The position numbers and the translations under genes are program-made. From IMG/VR virus record IMGVR_UViG_3300038427_000078: 64,000 nucleotides of DNA; one strand, written 5' to 3'. Below the pieces are notes generated by a model. That model did no database searches. It saw only the letters and a list, made by a program, of their open reading frames with translations, and was not told where the DNA came from. The first letter of the stretch is position 1, and the number at the start of each line of letters is the position of its first letter. Shown one piece after another: positions 54,569 through 61,481 of the stretch. Origin of the DNA: a virus.

Positions 54569-55155
54569 TTCGTATCAGGCGGTTGCTGCGCTTGAAAGAC
54601 AGCGTAGAGGAAGTTCGGGGCATGCTGGCAGGGGAAACCTTGTCATCGGCTCAACTACACCGAGTGACACCGGCCCAAAGGAGGTACGCCCTCGTTGGTG
54701 TTCCGGCGCATGCAACTCCAAGTAGAGAACCCTACGGCGAAAGCTATGGGCATATCGGGTTGGAGGCTTAGATGGATGATCGCCACCAGTTACGACTCAG
54801 AGGAGAGACATGAACTACTGTGAAGCGATGGCCTACGTCGCGGGGCTGTTGGAGGGCGAGGGATGCTTCGATTTCGTAGCTCCCGGCCATCCAAGGATCC
54901 GCATGGAGACAACAGATGAAGATGTGGCATACTGGCTTCAACACTTGGTTGAAGGTGGGACAATCACTAATCGTCAGGGCAAACGCAGTAATCACAGCGA
55001 TTCGTTTGTGTGGCAAACGAGCAGGGCTGATGTGGTCAAGAAGGTCTTGACGGCAATCTATCCTTGGACAAGTGCTCGCAGGCGAGTAAAGATTGATGAA
55101 CTCATGTCTGCTCTCTGAGCCGTAGTTGGTACAGAACCCCGGCTATCGATACGAA
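54569..55155 (+). ncRNA. rnpB: RNase P RNA (reduced), with ORF inserted in P19
   Basis: P1 TTCGTATC/GATACGAA; P2 GGCGGTTG/TGATCGCC; P3; CR-I GAGGAAGTTCGGGGC; P5 CATGC/GCATG-CAA; P15 CTCCAA/TTGGAG; TAGATGGATGAT; CR-V ACAGAACCCCGGCTA. Confidence 0.88.
54810..55118 (+). CDS. Single-motif LAGLIDADG homing endonuclease
   Basis: 'AYVAGLLEGEGCF...IRMETTDEDV...GG.I...FVW...LTAIYPW...RR'; AGGAG RBS. Confidence 0.88.
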   Translation: MNYCEAMAYVAGLLEGEGCFDFVAPGHPRIRMETTDEDVAYWLQHLVEGGTITNRQGKRSNHSDSFVWQTSRADVVKKVLTAIYPWTSARRRVKIDELMSAL

Positions 55156-55196
55156 TATGCCCCTCGGCTCTGTTCAGAACGGCTTGGGGGCACCAA

Positions 55197-55270
55197 GCCT
55201 GTGATGCAGAAATGGTGCTGCGCTCGCCTTGTAAGCGAGAATAGACTCGGTTCGATTCCGAGCATAGGCT
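55197..55270 (+). tRNA. tRNA-Thr(UGU)
   Basis: CTCGC-CTTGTAA-GCGAG. Confidence 0.88.
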
Positions 55271-55434
55271 CTGACTGCGCTCTTGCAAGCACCGGGAACC
55301 GGCGTGCGGCAGAGCGGCGCGCTGGTCACCCGTGGCTAGTCCTCATTTGCTCAACGCACCCCGGATTAGGGATTGGGCAGGCTAGTCTAGTGTGAGTACC
55401 CACTGATCGCGATGAGCGTGAGGGGAAATCCAAT

Positions 55435-55505
55435 GCGGATGTGGCGTAATGGTAACGTATTTGCCTTCCAAGCAAAGGTTGCGGGTTCGACTCCCGTCTT
55501 CCGCT
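55435..55505 (+). tRNA. tRNA-Gly(UCC)
   Basis: TTTGC-CTTCCAA-GCAAA. Confidence 0.9.
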
Positions 55506-55571
55506 TCAACCCACGACACAAAGGAGGTACCCCATGCGGTTAGGCACTGTCTAATCGAAAGGAGGTACTAA

Positions 55572-55742
55572 GTGAACGGCAACCTCGCAGCCAAGGCTGC
55601 GAAGCTCATGCAGAAGAACGGGAACCGCGACAAAGGAGGCGGATCCCACAAGTACGGACGCAACCGCAACAAGTGCGCCCGCTACCGCGCCCGCGTGGGG
55701 AAGCCCCGTGGTCCTGGTGTCGATGGAAACAAGAAACACTAG
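55572..55742 (+). CDS. Small basic protein (56 aa)
   Basis: Perfect AAGGAGGT RBS; MNGNLAAKAAKLMQKNGNRDKGGGSHKYGRNRNKCARYRARVGKPRGPGVDGNKKH. Confidence 0.6.
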   Translation: MNGNLAAKAAKLMQKNGNRDKGGGSHKYGRNRNKCARYRARVGKPRGPGVDGNKKH

Positions 55743-55779
55743 AGGGTGGCCGACCGGCCCACTGGAACGGTCGGATTAG

Positions 55780-55850
55780 TGCTGTGTAGCTCAACGGTAG
55801 AGCAACTGGCTCATAACCAGAAGACGGCGGTTCGACCCCGCTCGCAGCGA
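55780..55850 (+). tRNA. tRNA-Met(CAU) (elongator Met or Ile2)
   Basis: ACTGG-CTCATAA-CCAGA. Confidence 0.85.
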
Positions 55851-55900
55851 CTCATAACTCACAGGCTCCTTTCGAGCCATTTCCGGGCGCATAATGCTTG

Positions 55901-56245
55901 ATGGCATACAAGAACAAGGTCGATCAAGCAGCCTCTTCTCGTCGTCATTACCTTCGTAACCAGAAGGCGATGAAGGAGAGGGCTGAACTCAAGAACCGCG
56001 AACGTCATGCAGAATACGCGGAGAAGATCAAGGTTGCGAAGGCTAGACCTTGCGCCGATTGCAACATCGAATACCCTCACTACGTCATGGACTTCGATCA
56101 TGTGCGTGGCAAGAAGGTCGGGAACGTATCGACCATGGCTCATGCCTTGCGACCTTGGAAGCTGATCGAACAAGAGATTGCGAAGTGCGATGTCGTCTGT
56201 TCTAATTGTCATCGAGAGCGTACGTATGTTCGACTCTCCGCATAG
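55901..56245 (+). CDS. HNH endonuclease
   Basis: 'PCADC..YPHYVMDFDHVRG.K...EIAKCDVVCSNCHRERT'. Confidence 0.9.
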   Translation: MAYKNKVDQAASSRRHYLRNQKAMKERAELKNRERHAEYAEKIKVAKARPCADCNIEYPHYVMDFDHVRGKKVGNVSTMAHALRPWKLIEQEIAKCDVVCSNCHRERTYVRLSA

Positions 56246-56472
56246 CGATTTCATCATCCGGGCGCGAAACCTGCTATCATCGGTAGAGTAATGGTTGGAG
56301 ACAGACACATGGACAACGGTGGCTATCAATGCTCGACTTCATCTTCCGATACCTGTGTCGGCGCTTCGGCCATCGCTGGATTGCCGAGGAAACCTACGCT
56401 GGCGAGTGGTGGGACATCTGCGCCCGCTGCCACGCTGTGCGCAAACACCAACCGGGGAGAAATTGAAGGTCC

Positions 56473-57237
56473 ATGAGCGAGACAGACGCACAGAAGATCG
56501 CGCAGTTGAAGCATCTCATCGATGAGACACACAAACACGGTGAGAGGATCCAGGTCGAAATCCAGAAACTACAGGCGGCACACGCCTCTCATGTTCAGAT
56601 CGACATCAAGAAGGGTCTGTTGAAGGGGCTAGAGCTTCTGAACGCACACCGTCGTAGGGAACTAGAGGAGCTTGAACATCCGGCTCCGAAACCTGCACCT
56701 GAGCCTCCGAAACCTGCTCCGAAACCGAAACCAGCGCCGAAACCCAAGCCGAAACCGAAGCCGAAGCCACCGGCTCCGCAGCGGTTCCACATGCTCGACT
56801 CCACGAACGCCGACAGTCTCCCGGAGGAGGGAGAGGCAGCGGTCGCCGGTTACGTCAACGGGATCTTCAACGACTTCGACAACATCGTCAAGCGCTTCCC
56901 GCACCTGAAACACCTGTCGATCAGCGTGTTCTCTGGCGAGGACGCCGACGCTCTCGACGTAGAGAACGGGGACGCGACACCGGGCGAGGCACCAGGCTGG
57001 GTACGCAAACAGCACGCACGCGGAAAGGCCCGCCCTGTGGTCTACGCCAATGCGAGCACGATGCCCCAGGTTGTGCAAGCCTTGACAGACGACGGCATCA
57101 AGAGGGACGAATATCTCCTATGGGTGGCCGACTATGACGGGAAGGCCGACATCCCGGAGGGCTTCGATGCCAAGCAGTACGAAGACCACAATGAAGAGTA
57201 CGACATCTCGATCTGTGAGCCTTGGTTCTTGGACTGA
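56473..57237 (+). CDS. Endolysin, GH25/DUF1906-like muramidase with coiled-coil and PK-rich linker
   Basis: 'AGYV', 'LDVENGD', 'PVVYAN', 'LWVADYDG', 'AKQY', 'DIS'; next to holin-like gene. Confidence 0.7.
   Translation: MSETDAQKIAQLKHLIDETHKHGERIQVEIQKLQAAHASHVQIDIKKGLLKGLELLNAHRRRELEELEHPAPKPAPEPPKPAPKPKPAPKPKPKPKPKPPAPQRFHMLDSTNADSLPEEGEAAVAGYVNGIFNDFDNIVKRFPHLKHLSISVFSGEDADALDVENGDATPGEAPGWVRKQHARGKARPVVYANASTMPQVVQALTDDGIKRDEYLLWVADYDGKADIPEGFDAKQYEDHNEEYDISICEPWFLD
56680..56778 (+). repeat. Coding Pro-Lys low-complexity repeat
   Basis: PAPKPAPEPPKPAPKPKPAPKPKPKPKPKPPAP. Confidence 0.8.
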
Positions 57238-57289
57238 GCCGTCGCGTAAAGGGTGCTAGCAGCAACAACCTCTAGAGAAAGAAGGGATC

Positions 57290-57535
57290 ATGTCAGCAAC
57301 AGCTAACGCAGTCACGAAGGCAACCTCAACGGTCACGACCGTTGTGGACAACCTCTTGGCTGACCTAGTGTCGTTGGACAACCCGGTTACGGCATCAGCC
57401 GTCGTCGCGTTCGTCCTCTCGGTCACTGGCGGCGGAGCAGACATAGGCTTGAGCGGGACTACGCTCTTGGCGATTGTCGGTGGTATCGGCACCGTGTCGC
57501 TCGTCGTCAAGCGCTTGTTCAGCAAGTCCAGCTAA
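57290..57535 (+). CDS. Putative holin
   Basis: Two hydrophobic segments, basic C-terminus, follows lysin. Confidence 0.6.
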   Translation: MSATANAVTKATSTVTTVVDNLLADLVSLDNPVTASAVVAFVLSVTGGGADIGLSGTTLLAIVGGIGTVSLVVKRLFSKSS

Positions 57536-57556
57536 GCGCCAAACAACAACCAGACT

Positions 57557-57585
57557 AAGGCCCGTCTTGAAAAGCGGGCCTTTCT
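57557..57585 (+). terminator. Intrinsic terminator
   Basis: AAGGCCCG...CGGGCCTTTCT. Confidence 0.75.
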
Positions 57586-57600
57586 CGTATGTAATGGCTG

Positions 57601-57918
57601 ATGGGTAAGTGGGTTCACCGGCTTTCGGAGATAGATGAGGTAAATCGCACAGCGGTATGCGCTAACTGCGGTCCAGTGGCGATCCGGAAACGGTCAAGTA
57701 ATCGTGGATGGAGATGCTCTCCTGGTAACCCGAATACGAAACAACTTCATTATCGTGCTCCTCCGGGCAGCGTATGCGAACGCTGTGACTTCGTGCCCGA
57801 GCACATCTGTCAGATCGACGTTCATCACAGGGACGGCAACAAAGAGAACAACGATCCTTCCAATCATTCGATTCTGTGCGCTAACTGTCATCGGCTCACG
57901 GTGCTCGGCCTGGTCTAG
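57601..57918 (+). CDS. HNH endonuclease
   Basis: 'CERCDF...QIDVHHRDGNKENNDPSN..LCANCH'. Confidence 0.9.
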   Translation: MGKWVHRLSEIDEVNRTAVCANCGPVAIRKRSSNRGWRCSPGNPNTKQLHYRAPPGSVCERCDFVPEHICQIDVHHRDGNKENNDPSNHSILCANCHRLTVLGLV

Positions 57919-57956
57919 CCTTTTTCGTACCCGAAAGCGGCTCCGTAAAGACTGAG

Positions 57957-58436
57957 ATGAAAACCACGAACAAGATGAGCCTCCGCGTCTGGACGAATCT
58001 GGATGACGACTTCGCCCACGAACAGCTAGCGGACAATTGGGCCAAGCTCGATGCTCACGATCACACCAACGGGCGTGGTGTTCAGATCCCGACCGAAGGT
58101 ATCTCCGATGAAGCGATCACCTTCGAACTTCTGGCCGAGGAATTGCGGGAACGCCTGTTCGCGGCGACCGAGGAATGGTCCCTCGCCTTCACCGAACTCA
58201 AACCGGGCAAACCAGTCACCGCTACGGCTAGGACAAACGTTCTGGCGACGATAGACCTGACTGCCGAAGTCGAACTCGTAATCTTCGTGGGAGGCAACGA
58301 ACTCACCCGGTTGGCCCAGCCTTCGGGCGTCTTCCCGATCAGTTTCTTCGTGCCGAAAGGTGTGGCATGGGAATGGGGCATTGTCTCTGGCGAAGAAGAA
58401 CACGTCAAATTCACCTACAAGCAGGTTGAACTATGA
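57957..58436 (+). CDS. Virion/tail-fibre-associated protein
   Basis: N-terminus 'DDFAHEQLADNWAKLDAHDH' paralogous to next gene. Confidence 0.6.
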   Translation: MKTTNKMSLRVWTNLDDDFAHEQLADNWAKLDAHDHTNGRGVQIPTEGISDEAITFELLAEELRERLFAATEEWSLAFTELKPGKPVTATARTNVLATIDLTAEVELVIFVGGNELTRLAQPSGVFPISFFVPKGVAWEWGIVSGEEEHVKFTYKQVEL

Positions 58437-59587
58437 TCACGACCGAACACATGGGCCTAGTGCTGTGGGACTTGGAGAAGGACGACTTCGAACATTCCAA
58501 GCTCGCGGACAACTTCGTCAAAATCGACCAGCACAACCACGCGGGCCTAGTCCTCGAAGGCAAATACAAGAACGAAGACACGGAAGAAGCCGAAAAAGAA
58601 ACTCCGGGTCCATCTTCTGACATCCTCAACTACGCCGAAGACAACGCCGATGTCGCCAAGTGGGAAGCGGTAGGCGACGGCGAGGCCATCCGCACGCCAG
58701 AGGTCGCATCCCCGACCGACACGGCCATCAAGCCGGAAAGCATCTGGCGCTACCTCCTAGCCCTGCGCTCAGTCGGTCATCGTCAGCTTGATGTCAACGG
58801 CGTGTGGCCGGAAAACATCAAGGACGAAGCGGTCGAACGTCGTCACATCAAGAAAAAAGCCATCTGCACGCCGCAGATCGAAGAAGGCTGCATCACTGGT
58901 CCGCTGCTTGAGCAAGGACTCCTGCCGTTGGGCATGGTAGTGGCCTGGTACAAATCACCTGCCGAACCGACACCGGGATCCAAATGGGCTGTCTGCGAAG
59001 GACAGGAATGGAAAACGGTTGCCAACGAACTCGGTGCATCTTACGCCAAGCTCGAAGCGGGCAACATCCCGAACTTGGTTGACAAGTTCATCCGTGGATC
59101 CAAAACGTCGGGCATCGGTGAAACGGGCGGTCAGAGCACTCTCGACCTAGAACACTCGCACACCGTGGATGGGCATGTTCACACGATCAACGGCCACTCT
59201 CACACAGTCGAAGCTCACACGCACACGATTTCGAGCTACACGCACAAACACAACTTCCACGGAGCCAGCATCACATCCCGCGAAAACGCCTTCACCGATG
59301 GGCGTAGGTTCTCTGACTTCAAGGACAACGGTATTCCGATTGGAGAAGGTGCTCCGACTGAAAACACCCTACAGTCTCTCTACGTAGGCGGACAGACCAA
59401 CGAAGAACTTCCGATGTCTGAAAACACCCACAACCACGGAGGCGCTACGGGATCCGCATCACCGGGCACCAGCACTGTCGGGCTGACCTCGAACGTCACG
59501 GCTCCGGGCACGAACAACGCGCTCGAAACGTACAACATCGAACCGCCGTGGTACGGCCTTTGCTACATCATCAAGGTCAAGCGGTAA
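58433..59587 (+). CDS. Tail fibre protein (collar + HxH needle)
   Basis: 'LPLGMVVAW...WAVCEG...IPNLVDKFIRG', repeated HxH, 'NIEPPWYGLCYIIKV'. Confidence 0.8.
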   Translation: MITTEHMGLVLWDLEKDDFEHSKLADNFVKIDQHNHAGLVLEGKYKNEDTEEAEKETPGPSSDILNYAEDNADVAKWEAVGDGEAIRTPEVASPTDTAIKPESIWRYLLALRSVGHRQLDVNGVWPENIKDEAVERRHIKKKAICTPQIEEGCITGPLLEQGLLPLGMVVAWYKSPAEPTPGSKWAVCEGQEWKTVANELGASYAKLEAGNIPNLVDKFIRGSKTSGIGETGGQSTLDLEHSHTVDGHVHTINGHSHTVEAHTHTISSYTHKHNFHGASITSRENAFTDGRRFSDFKDNGIPIGEGAPTENTLQSLYVGGQTNEELPMSENTHNHGGATGSASPGTSTVGLTSNVTAPGTNNALETYNIEPPWYGLCYIIKVKR

Positions 59588-59706
59588 AATGGCCTTCTCC
59601 CGTACGTGAATAAGTGGACCGAACGTAGTTAGTAGGGCGTCGGTAGACAGCCCGAAACCCAAGCTAGTAGGCCCATCAACCATCGAATCACAAAGGAACT
59701 ACCAAC

Positions 59707-60378
59707 ATGCCAGGACCATACGTAGGCGTTCGAGCGATTTCTCGCTCACAGAACGTCAGAATCGCAGGACAGAAGGTCACCGAGAACGTCACCACGTACG
59801 TTGACCTCAACCCGGAAACCACCGGAACCTACCCTCGCGCTTACCCGCCAGTCAAAGAGCTTCGCTCCCACTTGGCAATCGGCGCGATCATCGTCGTTGA
59901 GCCGCTAACCTGGACAACCTCAGATTGGGCGGTTCAGAGTGGGCTTGTCGTCACATCTAGCGCACTTGCTGCCAAAAAAACCAAAGTCGTCGTTTCGCCA
60001 GGTGACGTTGAGCAGCGCAGCACGGGGCTAGTCGCCGCAAGCACGGGCAAAGCGTCAACGGAATACACAACCGTAGTCGAAGGCAAAGAACGCATCGACA
60101 TCTTCACGGTTGCTTACACCAACGACGAATCTGGTGCTTCGAAAGAGAAAGAAGGCACCGCTGCCGTAACGGGTAAAGCTGTTCAGCCGGAAACGGAAGA
60201 AGAGGAAAAACTCGTCACATACGCGAAAGAACTCGAAAAAGCGGAAATCACTCAGAAAGAATACAACGAAAAAGTTGCTGTTCTTCCGAAGGAACTGGTC
60301 ATCGCCACCATCACGTACAGCTACCCGACTGGTGGATCCGAAGAACGACCTGTGGTAACTCCGCAGAACCGCGCCTGA
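59707..60378 (+). CDS. Putative virion structural protein
   Basis: AAAGGAA RBS; GAA-rich codon usage like tail genes. Confidence 0.55.
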   Translation: MPGPYVGVRAISRSQNVRIAGQKVTENVTTYVDLNPETTGTYPRAYPPVKELRSHLAIGAIIVVEPLTWTTSDWAVQSGLVVTSSALAAKKTKVVVSPGDVEQRSTGLVAASTGKASTEYTTVVEGKERIDIFTVAYTNDESGASKEKEGTAAVTGKAVQPETEEEEKLVTYAKELEKAEITQKEYNEKVAVLPKELVIATITYSYPTGGSEERPVVTPQNRA

Positions 60379-60439
60379 TTCACCGCCGCATTCAAGGGGA
60401 GCGTCCATATTGGGCGCTCCTCTGCTATAATCAGTAGAT

Positions 60440-60925
60440 ATGACTACACCTACCTCACCCGATCTTCCGACCGACGATCTGGTCAAGTCGAAGCAGGAGT
60501 ACGCCGATCTGCTTACCCAGGACATGACGGACGACGAAATCAGCAAATCGTTCGACATCATGCTCCCGATCATCAAGAAGTGGCAAGAGCGATTCATCCG
60601 TCGCGCTGAGAGTTACGCGAACGTCGAAGCTGCGATGGAAGACGTGAACAGGTTCGAGGACGAGTTGAAGTATGAACTTGCCACGAAGCTCAAGATTTAC
60701 GCCACCGTCGATGTGCTACCTTTGCTCGAAGGCAAGCCTCCGGTGATCGTGATCCAGGGTCCACTAGAGGACCACATCATCCACAAGTACGGCTTTGACC
60801 ATGAGAAGAAGGGTTACGAGGTAACCCACGCAACACGCAACGACGAAGCCTATCTTGGGGAGAAGCCGAAACACAAACGGAAGAAGAATGAAGCTCCTCG
60901 ACCAAGTAGAAAACCTGCTACTTGA
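60440..60925 (+). CDS. Hypothetical protein
   Basis: TGCTATAAT -10 upstream. Confidence 0.6.
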   Translation: MTTPTSPDLPTDDLVKSKQEYADLLTQDMTDDEISKSFDIMLPIIKKWQERFIRRAESYANVEAAMEDVNRFEDELKYELATKLKIYATVDVLPLLEGKPPVIVIQGPLEDHIIHKYGFDHEKKGYEVTHATRNDEAYLGEKPKHKRKKNEAPRPSRKPAT

Positions 60926-60968
60926 TCAGCAGCTAGAAAAGTAGCTTCTCCTCCGTCGTAATGGACGG

Positions 60969-61481
60969 ATGCCCCGTGATCGTATCAGACAAGAGTATTG
61001 CGCCAAGGGACATCTGCTTTCCGAGACAGCCCATGTCCGCGAGAACGGCAAGCGTAGCTGTAGCGTATGTCAGAAAGAACGACGAGAGGAACTAAAGGAA
61101 CGTCCCAAGATTTTCCTAGCAGAAAAGCGATGCGGTCGTTGCGAGGTTCCGAAGCCCCTGAACGAGTTCTATCGTGATGCTTCCAAGCCTGACGGCGTTG
61201 GTTATTACTGCAAGGTGTGTGAACGATGGATCAAACTGCTCTACAACTACGGTGTGACCGAGGAGGAATACAACGCCCTTTACGCGAAACAAGGTGGGTG
61301 TTGCGCCATCTGTGGGCACTGTCCTGTCCCGCCAGAACCGTTCTTGGTAGTGGATCACGTTCACGATACCGAGGTCGTGCGCGGACTGCTATGCGGAACC
61401 TGCAACACAGGACTTGGGATGTTGAAAGAGAACCCCGAGATTGTCGAGAAGGCATTGGAGTATCTGTATGAAGCTGCTTGA
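60969..61481 (+). CDS. Endonuclease VII-family homing endonuclease
   Basis: 'YGVTEEEYNAL..KQGGCCAIC...VDHVH.T..VRGLLC..CN.GLG'. Confidence 0.9.
   Translation: MPRDRIRQEYCAKGHLLSETAHVRENGKRSCSVCQKERREELKERPKIFLAEKRCGRCEVPKPLNEFYRDASKPDGVGYYCKVCERWIKLLYNYGVTEEEYNALYAKQGGCCAICGHCPVPPEPFLVVDHVHDTEVVRGLLCGTCNTGLGMLKENPEIVEKALEYLYEAA

Noticed and set aside
44700-56250. CRISPR array or theta/HDV-like ribozymes after tRNAs
   Set aside because: No regularly spaced direct repeats. I could not fit an HDV nested double pseudoknot by eye; a motif search would be needed.
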